Below, one piece after another: positions 1-8,383 of a stretch of 64,000 nucleotides of DNA; the stretch's first letter is position 1; every line of letters starts with the position of its first letter. This DNA comes from a virus, in IMG/VR virus record IMGVR_UViG_3300020392_000005, one strand, 5' to 3'. Both the position numbers and the translations under genes were made by a program. The notes beneath the pieces are model-generated. The model was not told where the DNA came from. It saw nothing but the letters and a program-made list of their open reading frames with translations, and did not search any database.

Positions 1-125
1 TAGGTTAATCTTTCCAAGACACCAAAGTATGCCCACACGCCGACACAAACAGCTGCTATAATAGCAAGTAAATTTTTCATCGGCATAGACACAGCAGTTG
101 CGTCTGATATATCTAATCGTTTCAT
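1..125 (-). CDS. Hypothetical membrane protein, runs off the window
   Basis: Manual translation MKRLDISDATAVSMPMKNLLAIIAAVCVGVWAYFGV...; AAGGAG RBS upstream. Confidence 0.7.
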   Translation of the reverse strand, partial: MKRLDISDATAVSMPMKNLLAIIAAVCVGVWAYFGVLERLT

Positions 126-132
126 AAACTCC

Positions 133-353
133 TTATATCATATTTTTGGGCACACTAGAACCGGCTTTACCTGCGTTCTCTCTTCGTGCCTTTTCTTTTT
201 CTTCTTTAATGTGTTTCACTAATAAGCCCACATATACATCCCGTTCCCACGGAATCATATTCTCTAACTCACTCAACGAATATTTATGATGTTGAATAAG
301 TGCAAAATTAGTTTCGTAATAGGCCTCTAGGGATTCGTGGGCGAGGCAGATAC
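133..353 (-). CDS. gp51: gp51-like baseplate hub assembly chaperone segment (no own start codon; probable -1 frameshift extension of gp26)
   Basis: Manual translation RICLAHESLEAYYETNFALIQHHKYSLSELENMIPWERDVYVGLL... matches the gp51 motif of marine T4-likes; not in the ORF track. Confidence 0.85.
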
Positions 354-1061
354 GAAAAAATCTTGTAGTCCTGTAAAGGTAACTTCGGACTCCTTCTTCG
401 TTTTGGGATTAACAACCTTTAATGTGTGTCTCAACCTAGGCATTTCATCAAAAAACTTTCTGATTAATGCAAACTGGTCAGTATTCAAGTTATTGAAAAA
501 GTCTGTTAGTTCAGCCTTTGATGTATCTTTCGCTGGGTAAATCTTGTCTCCCTCATAGATATGGTCAATACAACTTATCATCATATCAAACACTTTATCA
601 GCGCTCATATCCTTATCTATGCCCATTGGGACAGATTTTAGCGTAGGATACTTCATTACTAATCCTAACTTTCTTTCTTCATCTAACACAACATTATTAG
701 TATGTTTATCATCTACCTGGACCTCTACCGTAGTTAGGTCTACCTCAACTGGTATAAGTGTAATCTTATCTTCTGGACAGATTACTTGAAATTTACCAAC
801 TTCACCAACACTCTTCGCTCTTATGTTTAAGAACAAATACTCTACATCAAATAGAGGTAAATCTTCTGCTTTTAATTTACCCATTGTACAGGCATTGACT
901 AGGTCAATCGTAGCGTTCTTCATCGCTTCGTCTTCACCTGTTTCTAATGCCATCATTAATAGTTTTTCTTCTTTAACTAGAAATGGTCTGTATTTGACTT
1001 GTTGGTCTACTGAAGGTAATGTCAACTCATATGTTGGGACTTCAATCTTCGGTAATGCCAT
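327..1061 (-). CDS. gp26: Baseplate hub subunit/assembly chaperone gp26
   Basis: MALPKI.P.YEL.LPS...YRPFLVKEEK.L, LFLNIRAKSVGE and C-terminal GLQDFF motifs. Confidence 0.9.
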   Translation of the reverse strand: MALPKIEVPTYELTLPSVDQQVKYRPFLVKEEKLLMMALETGEDEAMKNATIDLVNACTMGKLKAEDLPLFDVEYLFLNIRAKSVGEVGKFQVICPEDKITLIPVEVDLTTVEVQVDDKHTNNVVLDEERKLGLVMKYPTLKSVPMGIDKDMSADKVFDMMISCIDHIYEGDKIYPAKDTSKAELTDFFNNLNTDQFALIRKFFDEMPRLRHTLKVVNPKTKKESEVTFTGLQDFFVSASPTNP

Positions 1062-1084
1062 AATGTTTCATCTCCTAATAATTT

Positions 1085-2029
1085 TTATATATTTAGTGGT
1101 GGAAACTTAAATGGAGGCATAACTCTTCCACCAGTAATCTTGCCGATTGGAAAGCTTCGTTTCAAATCTTCAAGCACGCCTCTACCTGCTCTTCTCAATT
1201 CAGGTGGTAACTTATTAAGTATACCGCCAAGGAAACCTGGGTCGCCTTGTTTAATAACTGGTTGAGCAAATTCTGATTGACCAATATGAAATTTATTCTG
1301 TTGGTCTAGTGCAAAGTTTAACCAATACCTATATGTAAAGGTAACTTCAAATGTCTGTACTTCACTTGTCTCGGCTGCATATGATAGTTCACCTACTTTT
1401 GTAGGATATGCTTCCCATAGTCTTACGCCATATGTTGCTTCGTCTCTTTCTTGTACTGCTGGTGATGAACCTAATTGTAAAATGTTTATAGGTGCAACAT
1501 ACTCATCATAATAACTAAAATTGTGTGTCATATTACTAAAACTAGTCTTCTGCCACATTTCAAACATTATTCTTTCTCTAGCATATTTGTCTGTTAAGAA
1601 AGTCATATTGACATCAGCCATTTCATAATCGTACACTATGTTTCGTGCAGGACCATTATGTTTTACTTTCTTAACTTTCATTGTTCTTTCAGGCATTGAT
1701 ACTGATTGAACAAATGCTTGTACTCTTCGTTGTAGATTAGCCTCGTTTGCATACTTTCTAAACTCAGCACCTTTAACCATACCATCTGAACCAACTTCTT
1801 GTAGTGGTCCTCTAGGTAAGTCAAAGATAACATAGTATTTACTCTTACGAGCAAAACCTTCTGCCTCGTTTACATAGGCTTGAAATCTACCTATTGTCGT
1901 TGCAGGATTAGCACCTGCCTTCTGTTTAAATCTTGGGTCTCTATTGATGTTATCCATAGAACGGTCTCTTGGGATACCTATTCTGATATCCATACCGCCT
2001 ATTCGTTTACCACCTCTTAAAATCGCCAT
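1085..2029 (-). CDS. Tail-tube-fold baseplate/tail tube junction protein (gp54/gp48/gp19 family)
   Basis: Tube-fold motifs (SVSMPER, YDEYVAPI.I.QL, LWEAYPT, FEVTFTYRYW); start moved to the ATG at 2029. Confidence 0.75.
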   Translation of the reverse strand: MAILRGGKRIGGMDIRIGIPRDRSMDNINRDPRFKQKAGANPATTIGRFQAYVNEAEGFARKSKYYVIFDLPRGPLQEVGSDGMVKGAEFRKYANEANLQRRVQAFVQSVSMPERTMKVKKVKHNGPARNIVYDYEMADVNMTFLTDKYARERIMFEMWQKTSFSNMTHNFSYYDEYVAPINILQLGSSPAVQERDEATYGVRLWEAYPTKVGELSYAAETSEVQTFEVTFTYRYWLNFALDQQNKFHIGQSEFAQPVIKQGDPGFLGGILNKLPPELRRAGRGVLEDLKRSFPIGKITGGRVMPPFKFPPLNI

Positions 2030-2163
2030 TACTTCGTACCGCTTCTTACTTGCCAACCATAGAAACTTAATTTACTTTTTAGTTTCATATAAAATCTAGT
2101 TATATCTTTTTTGATAGGCATTATGTAAGGTGTGTTTCTTTGTCTATTATGTCTTTTTATCAT
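2029..2163 (-). CDS. Small basic hypothetical protein (44 aa)
   Basis: Manual ORF MIKRHNRQ...SGTK with TAATG coupling at both ends. Confidence 0.55.
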   Translation of the reverse strand: MIKRHNRQRNTPYIMPIKKDITRFYMKLKSKLSFYGWQVRSGTK

Positions 2164-2549
2164 TATGCTACCTTATCTCTTTTCTTTTTAAAGTCTGCAA
2201 TAGCAGCTTTGATTGCGTCTTCAGCCAATACACTACAATGTATTTTTACTGGAGGCAAAGCAAGCTCTTCTGCAATTTCTGAATTTTTAATTTCAGTTGC
2301 TTGTTCTAGGCTCTTACCTTTTACCATTTCAGTAATAAGAGAAGATGAAGCTATAGCACTACCACAACCAAATGTTTTAAACTTTGCGTCTTTAATAATA
2401 TCGTTCTCTATTTCAATTTGCAATTTCATTACATCACCACAAGCAGGAGCACCAACAAGTCCTGTACCTACATTAGGTTTAGTCTTGTCCATCGTGCCTA
2501 CATTCCTTGGGTTCTCATAATGGTCTATTAGTTGTTTTGAATACGCCAT
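2163..2549 (-). CDS. iscU: Fe-S cluster scaffold IscU/NifU
   Basis: YS..IDHYENPRNVG, GAPACGDVM, FGCGSAIASSS, LPPVKIHCS. Confidence 0.97.
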   Translation of the reverse strand: MAYSKQLIDHYENPRNVGTMDKTKPNVGTGLVGAPACGDVMKLQIEIENDIIKDAKFKTFGCGSAIASSSLITEMVKGKSLEQATEIKNSEIAEELALPPVKIHCSVLAEDAIKAAIADFKKKRDKVA

Positions 2550-2551
2550 AA

Positions 2552-2698
2552 CTATTTCCTCCTATGTGTATTTTTGTTTCTGCCCATATAATAGTCTCCA
2601 GGTTCATAGTCCCATCTATGTCCGTGATGGCCTCTTAAATCAGCCCAAAACATCCTAGCTTTAACTATCAACACTCTCCACCATAATCTCTTTGCCAC
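2552..2698 (-). CDS. Small hypothetical protein (48 aa)
   Basis: Manual ORF from GTG: MAKRLWWRVLIVKARMFWADLRGHHGHRWDYEPGDYYMG...; fills the gap exactly. Confidence 0.6.
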   Translation of the reverse strand: MAKRLWWRVLIVKARMFWADLRGHHGHRWDYEPGDYYMGRNKNTHRRK

Positions 2699-3256
2699 TT
2701 AAATTCCTCGTCTACTTCTACTCCATACCGTTGTTGCTGGTTGCTTTCTGAATTGCTGTACAGGTAGGTACACAGCGATTGCCGCTTCAGGTGCGTCAAC
2801 TCTCAAAAAACTACTTCGTATATGACCATACAAATATTTATGTAATGTCGGCTTGACCATTGGTATGTTCTTAACCGTATCATAATTAACTTCTATTCGT
2901 GTACCTCTCTTCGTAGCGTCACCTGACAAATAAGCGTCTAATCTTCTTAACAAAGTAAATCTCATTGCTGGTGGCAAATAGTGAAAGTTCATACCTATAA
3001 ACCCACCTTTGATTGGGTCTAAAGGCAACACCAAAGGAAAAGTATCATAGTAAGGTAATGTCTTTTTAAACTTCGGGTCATAGAAAAACATATTAAGTCT
3101 ACCTTGACTAGGTCTACTATTCAATTTACCACTTCTCATCAATGCTCTTGCTGATGATGTATTTGCGATAGATTGAACGGCCTTTCTATACCAAGCTCCT
3201 GACTTACGATTATTACCTGCGTCTTTTACAATTGGGTCTAATAGTGATATTGCCAT
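2699..3256 (-). CDS. gp2: DNA end protector protein gp2
   Basis: F.YDPK.K..LPYYD.FPLV, G.N.HYLPP..R motifs; late promoter upstream. Confidence 0.9.
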   Translation of the reverse strand: MAISLLDPIVKDAGNNRKSGAWYRKAVQSIANTSSARALMRSGKLNSRPSQGRLNMFFYDPKFKKTLPYYDTFPLVLPLDPIKGGFIGMNFHYLPPAMRFTLLRRLDAYLSGDATKRGTRIEVNYDTVKNIPMVKPTLHKYLYGHIRSSFLRVDAPEAAIAVYLPVQQFRKQPATTVWSRSRRGI

Positions 3257-3264
3257 AACACTTA

Positions 3265-3272
3265 TATTTATA
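3265..3272 (-). promoter_or_regulatory. T4-type late promoter (TATAAATA)
   Basis: Exact consensus 8 nt upstream of gp2. Confidence 0.85.
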
Positions 3273-3280
3273 TAGAAATG

Positions 3281-3309
3281 ACAAAGGGTACCAGAAAGGT
3301 ACCCTTTGT
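3281..3309 (-). terminator. Hairpin/terminator after gp32
   Basis: ACAAAGGGTACC / GGTACCCTTTGT 12-bp perfect inverted repeat. Confidence 0.75.
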
Positions 3310-3337
3310 TTTTAAAGTAATGTAGGAAAGAGAGAGA

Positions 3338-4246
3338 TTATTCGTCTTCTGCGAGTTTTGAAAAGTAAGATAATGTATCATCATCTTCACCGCTAGACGC
3401 CTCATTACTTTGAACCGAAGCAGCAGCCGTAGCTGGTGCAGCCTGCATAGTAGTAGGTGGGAGGTCTATATCACTAGCAGTCTCGGTATTCTTTGAACCA
3501 CTAATCACACGATTTAATTTTTCTTTCAAATCGTCATATGATTTAAAGTTAGCAGCTTCAAGGAATGGCTTAAGAGGATATTGTTTCGCCCAAGTCTCTT
3601 TGATAACATTGTCATCAGCATTAAGAGCACCAGGCGCCTCAAATTCAGATTTATCATAATTCCAGAATCCATCTACCTTTCTAATCTTCAACTTGAAGTT
3701 AGCACCTGACCAGAAGTCAAATGGGTTAAATGGTTTCTCATCTTCAAACGCAGGATTCATTGCTTCTGTAATCTTATTGAAAATCTTTTTACCGAATTTA
3801 AATAAGAAAACTTTTCCTTCGTTCTCTGGATGTTGTGGGTCTGATACAACATAGACATTGCTGTAATAAGAGAGTTTTCTTTTTCTCTTTCTTGCAATCT
3901 CTTTATCACTATCAACACCAGTATTCCATAATCTAGTATTCTCTTCTGACACAGGATCCTTCTGACCTAGTGTAGTTAGAGAGTTCTCAATATACCAACC
4001 ACCAGGACCTTGGAAAGCGTGAGACCATACTCTTGCCCAAGGCATTTCTTCGCCTTGACTAGCAGGTAAAAATCTTAACACAGCATATCCGTTACCAGTT
4101 TTATCTAACTCTGGTTTCCACAGCCTGTCATCTTGGTATTTGTTTTTGGTTTTAGCAGCGTCCTCAGGATTGAGGTTTGCTTCTATTTGTTTTGTTAACT
4201 TGTCAAAATTACTTTGACTATTCTTTAAGTTTTCAAAAGCGTCCAT
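3338..4246 (-). CDS. gp32: Single-stranded DNA-binding protein gp32
   Basis: DDRLWKP.LDK.GNGYAV.RFLP, GWYIENS.TT, NPFDFW.GANFKLKI, acidic tail. Confidence 0.97.
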   Translation of the reverse strand: MDAFENLKNSQSNFDKLTKQIEANLNPEDAAKTKNKYQDDRLWKPELDKTGNGYAVLRFLPASQGEEMPWARVWSHAFQGPGGWYIENSLTTLGQKDPVSEENTRLWNTGVDSDKEIARKRKRKLSYYSNVYVVSDPQHPENEGKVFLFKFGKKIFNKITEAMNPAFEDEKPFNPFDFWSGANFKLKIRKVDGFWNYDKSEFEAPGALNADDNVIKETWAKQYPLKPFLEAANFKSYDDLKEKLNRVISGSKNTETASDIDLPPTTMQAAPATAAASVQSNEASSGEDDDTLSYFSKLAEDE

Positions 4247-4316
4247 AAAGTTTCTCCTTGTATGTATTTCGTATTTGTATTTTTTGTAAGTATCATAATA
4301 TAAATTTCAATATTAT

Positions 4317-4324
4317 TATTTATA
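4317..4324 (-). promoter_or_regulatory. T4-type late promoter
   Basis: TATAAATA upstream of gp32. Confidence 0.8.
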
Positions 4325-4333
4325 CAAGTTCTC

Positions 4334-4374
4334 ATCATAACAGATAATATATCTATTGTCAAGCACCTGTAAAA
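4334..4374 (-). promoter_or_regulatory. Sigma70-type promoter for gp32 with extended -35 box
   Basis: TTGACA-N17-TATGAT; 21 bp identical to 18780-18800. Confidence 0.8.
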
Positions 4375-4970
4375 GTCTCTTTCATAGTCAATTTCGCATT
4401 AGTTCTATTGAACCTTTGAAAGGGCAAAAACTTTTTAATTCGTTTACTATATTCTTTCCATACTACTTTCTCAACAATCTCTCTATCCCATTGTTTAATG
4501 AATCCCAATAGGGTTTCAAAGACGCTAAAAGTTTCATAACTAATTCTTTTGGATAAGAGAAGTTTGAAGAAAGGTGGATGTTGTCCTCCAACAACTGCAA
4601 AGAGATTATCAAAAGTAAGGTTATTATGGCCCATATAATCCCGAATAATATTACACTCACTCCTAAAGTTATAACTAAAAGCGTCTTTATACTTTCTATG
4701 AGAAAGGTAAATATCTTCGCCATCACTTCTGGCAAGGTCGCCAATCCACTTTTTATCATTGTACAAAAAGTTTGATACAAAGAAATCAAGCGCTTGTTCT
4801 GCGTTATACTTTTTAGATAATTTGTGAAAGAAGTATCTGTCATTTCTCTTCGTAAATGTTTCTAGTTTACAATTAACTTTACCTGCATATTGTATATAGT
4901 CATAACTATCGGTTGTGTAATGTAATTTAACACCCAACCAGATTTTAAAAACATCAAAGCCGCCATACAT
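4359..4970 (-). CDS. gp59: Helicase loader gp59
   Basis: FDV...LG.KLH.T..SYDY..Y.GK, F.KRNDRYFF.KL; lies between gp33 and gp32. Confidence 0.9.
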   Translation of the reverse strand: MYGGFDVFKIWLGVKLHYTTDSYDYIQYAGKVNCKLETFTKRNDRYFFHKLSKKYNAEQALDFFVSNFLYNDKKWIGDLARSDGEDIYLSHRKYKDAFSYNFRSECNIIRDYMGHNNLTFDNLFAVVGGQHPPFFKLLLSKRISYETFSVFETLLGFIKQWDREIVEKVVWKEYSKRIKKFLPFQRFNRTNAKLTMKETFTGA

Positions 4971-5188
4971 TATAAAGGTAGTTCTCCTTCAGTAGTCTTG
5001 GTAACAAGATTGAGTTTTTGTGCCTCAATAGTTAGTTTCTCTTTTAATGATTTATTAACTAACGGACCTACCGTACCTGTATCTATACCCCGACTTTCAC
5101 AATAATTTACTATACACTCCATATATGAAGTGCCAGGGTGTTCTTTTCTATACTTCTCAATCTCTAAACTAAATTGTTTGCTGTTCAT
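4970..5188 (-). CDS. gp33: Late transcription coactivator gp33
   Basis: FS.EIE...SY.ECIV.YCE...LKEKL..EA..LN...LPL. Confidence 0.9.
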   Translation of the reverse strand: MNSKQFSLEIEKYRKEHPGTSYMECIVNYCESRGIDTGTVGPLVNKSLKEKLTIEAQKLNLVTKTTEGELPL

Positions 5189-5316
5189 AAATTTTGACCT
5201 ATTATATCAGTTTTTAAACATAGTAATTCAAATATCTCTACTGCAAAAACATAACCCATATAAAAAGTAAACATATATGAAAATGCTACAATAGCACTTA
5301 TTAAAAATATCTTCAT
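5185..5316 (-). CDS. Small membrane protein (43 aa), probably leaderless
   Basis: Manual ORF MKIFLISAIVAFSYMF...; ATG 7 nt after the -10 box. Confidence 0.6.
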   Translation of the reverse strand: MKIFLISAIVAFSYMFTFYMGYVFAVEIFELLCLKTDIIGQNL

Positions 5317-5322
5317 TATTAT

Positions 5323-5351
5323 ACTATATCAGGTCTATGCCTATTTGTCAA
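5323..5351 (-). promoter_or_regulatory. Sigma70-type promoter
   Basis: TTGACA-N17-TATAGT. Confidence 0.8.
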
Positions 5352-5623
5352 GCAGCTGTGCCTTGGGCGGGTCGTTGTTGAGGACCAGGTAAATCGTTCT
5401 CAAACTCTTCAATTGCTTGACCACAACCTATCTCCACGACATCATAAACATCGCCTTCTGCATACAATTGATTTTTAAGTCCTTGATACAATGGCATATA
5501 ATTAAACGCCACAAACGCTTGGCACTCGTCTAGGGTCTCAAAAGTATACCCTGGATGTTGTCTTGGTACCACATCACCGTTTATGTTTATAAGCATTGCA
5601 ACTATAAGAAATACCGTCTTCAT
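5348..5623 (-). CDS. Hypothetical protein with N-terminal hydrophobic segment and 2 Cys
   Basis: ORF track; GAGG RBS. Confidence 0.7.
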   Translation of the reverse strand: MKTVFLIVAMLININGDVVPRQHPGYTFETLDECQAFVAFNYMPLYQGLKNQLYAEGDVYDVVEIGCGQAIEEFENDLPGPQQRPAQGTAA

Positions 5624-5642
5624 TTTTTTGTCCTCTCTTTAT

Positions 5643-5893
5643 AGTGAGTATGTTTCTGTTGCCAAGTACATACTCAAACTCCGTTGCCTTAATTAGGCAG
5701 CAAGGGCAAATGTATTATTGCCAGTTAAAATGCGTTTAAGTTCGCCAACTATTAATCTCCAGTATGGTTTCAATGTGTGTCTATCCTCACTCACCCCCAA
5801 AAAGCACACACCTATATTGTGTGTTTTTTGCGATTGGTGGAGGTGCTGGGAGTTGCACCCAGGTCCACTCCATCTAATTAACATACTATCAAT
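5643..5893 (-). ncRNA. ssrA: Two-piece (circularly permuted) alphaproteobacterial-type tmRNA
   Basis: T-arm plus CACCTCC-A-CCA (ends at 5835) precedes GGGGGTG (starts at 5798), giving a G3:U70 Ala stem; hairpin intervening segment; UAACU-G resume context; tag GNNTFALAA* (5722-5693); terminal GGCAACAGAA hairpin; outer ends approximate. Confidence 0.93.
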
Positions 5894-5895
5894 GA

Positions 5896-6090
5896 TTAAT
5901 TCTTTTTAATTTTGTCGCAGGATTCTGTGTTCGCTTTTAATCCTAATTCTTTTGAATATATCCATACATAAGAATATGCTACCGTTTCGTCAATCGTATA
6001 ACATTTCTTACCAAATGATATTCTTGGATCCTTAGGTATAGAACAAGCACTCAATACAAGTCCCATAATTAAAACCATTAAATATTTCAT
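5896..6090 (-). CDS. Small lipoprotein
   Basis: Lipobox LSAC. Confidence 0.7.
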   Translation of the reverse strand: MKYLMVLIMGLVLSACSIPKDPRISFGKKCYTIDETVAYSYVWIYSKELGLKANTESCDKIKKN

Positions 6091-6101
6091 TTTTACTCTT
6101 T

Positions 6102-6440
6102 CTATTTTGTGTTATCAGGTACTATAACAAAATCATAAATCTTATATAATACGCATTTATCTATTCTATCTGGTGTTTCTATTGTTGCAATCAACTCATT
6201 ACCTTTCTTGTAATGTATAACTGCAAAGACAGGTTCTCCTGTCGCTTCACCACCTTGTCTACCAAATCCTATATGAACAGGTTTAAAACCTTCTGTCTCT
6301 ATAAACTCCTCTACGGCAGCATACTCACCACAAAGTATTGGACTATGAGACGGAAAAAATAATCCGTTCAAATGTTCACTCGCATACACCAAACTTGTCA
6401 TCACACTTAACATAACAACAAGTAAAGATTTCTTTAGCAT
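6102..6440 (-). CDS. Hypothetical exported protein
   Basis: Signal peptide; AAGGAG RBS. Confidence 0.7.
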   Translation of the reverse strand: MLKKSLLVVMLSVMTSLVYASEHLNGLFFPSHSPILCGEYAAVEEFIETEGFKPVHIGFGRQGGEATGEPVFAVIHYKKGNELIATIETPDRIDKCVLYKIYDFVIVPDNTK

Positions 6441-6503
6441 TAGTTTGCTCCTTCTTTATAGAGGCGGCAAACAGATAAGTTCACCTCTCGCTATTATATG
6501 TGT

Positions 6504-7187
6504 TTATGTCTGTTTCGTTTTCTCTTGGTAATATTTATAAAATTTCTCAACAGATTTCTCTAGTTCTGCGACATAATCTTTAGGATTTTTTATCCACTCT
6601 TGCATAGAGCCGTCTTCGCCTGCAATTAGCACGACTATTTGTTCTATCGGTTTACCGTATATCTCTTCGTACATTAACGCATAAGCAGTACATTGTAAAA
6701 AGTAGTTGTCTACCCACTCTTCAATCTTCTGTTTGTTAGCAGTTTTGAAGTCTATAACAGATAACTTACCTCTATACTCGGCAACACAATCGGTTTGACC
6801 TGCAACGGTCAGTTTCTTACTACACATAATCGCTTCAATCAGGTGTATATTGTCTATGTTGTCAAGGTAAGGTTTCATAAGTCTAAACAGACCTAATGGT
6901 AATACACCTCTTTCTTCTGGTGTTTCACCTTTTAAATAATTCTCAACTAGAGTATGTGTCGCTTTACCTCTACCTGCAGCTCGTCTCATTTCAAAGTTCG
7001 CAACGGCTTCACCGATGTTCTCACGCCACTTTTTTAGACCTTCTGATTTTCTGATTGATAGTATTGAAGTGATAGACGGATAGTTATTGCCGTCAATAGA
7101 ATAAAAACGAACACCGTTTAAATTCTTGCCTTTTGTTTGAGGCAGTAATTGTTTATTCACATCAACAAATTTAAATGCTTTTGCCAT
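6504..7187 (-). CDS. PD-(D/E)XK / Cas4-like exonuclease
   Basis: YPSITSIL, RG...H, AG..DC, IDFKT, YFLQ..AY motifs. Confidence 0.9.
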   Translation of the reverse strand: MAKAFKFVDVNKQLLPQTKGKNLNGVRFYSIDGNNYPSITSILSIRKSEGLKKWRENIGEAVANFEMRRAAGRGKATHTLVENYLKGETPEERGVLPLGLFRLMKPYLDNIDNIHLIEAIMCSKKLTVAGQTDCVAEYRGKLSVIDFKTANKQKIEEWVDNYFLQCTAYALMYEEIYGKPIEQIVVLIAGEDGSMQEWIKNPKDYVAELEKSVEKFYKYYQEKTKQT

Positions 7188-7212
7188 TCTTTAATCTCCA
7201 AGTTAGTGTCTC

Positions 7213-7241
7213 ATTATATACAATTCAGTTTAGTTTGTCAA
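7213..7241 (-). promoter_or_regulatory. Sigma70-type promoter
   Basis: Perfect TTGACA-N17-TATAAT. Confidence 0.85.
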
Positions 7242-7308
7242 GCGCCTATGACGACCTATGTTTCATATACATAGAATTTAAGTCTTCAGCACTAAACTGC
7301 CCAAGCGC

Positions 7309-7779
7309 TCACTCGGGTTTGTATTCCTCGTATTGTGTCTTACCTTGGTCATTTCTAAATGCTCTCAATGTAGACTTTCTGTTTTCAGATGGACTTTTAT
7401 ACGAGCAATGTATCCATCCTGAATTAGGTTCATCAACTTTGTGAAATTCCAATATCAACTGGTCATAATCAAGGTTATCAATTATCCACTTTGCCAGTTC
7501 AGCATTGGGAACCCCAAAGATTTCAAAGTCAGCGGCTTGCCCTTTAGCGTGCTGTGAATTAACACTACTTCCTATTGCAACACATAACTCTTCACTTCTG
7601 AAACCGCTTGATACGGAAACAACTGAAGCATAATGGTCTCTAACAGGTTGTAGTATGTTCTCACAAAGTTTCTGCAAATTAGTAATCTGGTCGTCATTAG
7701 GATTATTATTAATGCCTTTACGCTCTGCTGTTTGAGAAGCAGTCATTTCCTTTAGACTAAAGTTTTTGCTTAACTTCAT
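7309..7779 (-). CDS. Peptidase M15A, putative endolysin
   Basis: LSKNFSL.E, SSGFR, SQH..GQAADF, WIH Zn-peptidase motifs. Confidence 0.9.
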   Translation of the reverse strand: MKLSKNFSLKEMTASQTAERKGINNNPNDDQITNLQKLCENILQPVRDHYASVVSVSSGFRSEELCVAIGSSVNSQHAKGQAADFEIFGVPNAELAKWIIDNLDYDQLILEFHKVDEPNSGWIHCSYKSPSENRKSTLRAFRNDQGKTQYEEYKPE

Positions 7780-7785
7780 ATTTTC

Positions 7786-8172
7786 TTATCCTCTTGTTAG
7801 TTTAAGTATTTTCTCAATTTGTGCCTTAATGATAGGACCTCTATTAGGCCAATGTATATAAGGCTCTTCTGATTTAGAAAGATTGTAAAGAAAAGGTAAT
7901 ATAATCTTTTCAACTTCTTTAAATCTTTTTTCTGTTTCTTCTGAAGTCAACTCTTTAGTTATAGTTTCCTTCTCGGCGACAATCTGAAAAATCTCGTTCA
8001 TCGCTGACTTGATTGAAGAAACATCTTTTTTCAAGTCTTTTAATTCGTCTGTACTAGCAATCTTACTAGTATCAATAGAAGGAGTTTTAGGCGCCTCAGC
8101 GGCCGTTCCTGCAATACCCCAATCATCATTAAGGTCAAAACCTCTCATATAATCTGGTATGTCTTTACTCAT
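7786..8172 (-). CDS. Conserved hypothetical protein (coiled coil, YIHWPNR motif)
   Basis: ORF track, start moved to MSKDIP. Confidence 0.75.
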   Translation of the reverse strand: MSKDIPDYMRGFDLNDDWGIAGTAAEAPKTPSIDTSKIASTDELKDLKKDVSSIKSAMNEIFQIVAEKETITKELTSEETEKRFKEVEKIILPFLYNLSKSEEPYIHWPNRGPIIKAQIEKILKLTRG

Positions 8173-8383
8173 CTTCTTCCTCCTCATTAGGTTCAAATAT
8201 ATGTTGTCTTATATTCTTACCTGTTTGCATTTGTGTACCTAGGTCAATAGCATTATACGCCAAACTTACATTATTTTTACTTACGGCAGCACTTGTCATA
8301 CCACCTACGGTAAACATAGATGAAAAGTTAACAGAGCAACCTGTTAAAAATATAAAAACCGATATGATACCTATTAATCTCAT
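8165..8383 (-). CDS. Small lipoprotein
   Basis: Lipobox LTGC; acidic C-terminus. Confidence 0.65.
   Translation of the reverse strand: MRLIGIISVFIFLTGCSVNFSSMFTVGGMTSAAVSKNNVSLAYNAIDLGTQMQTGKNIRQHIFEPNEEEEDE

Noticed and set aside
5693-5884. 63-aa minus-strand ORF ending FALAA
   Set aside because: It overlaps the tmRNA; only the last 9 codons are meaningful, as the tag frame.
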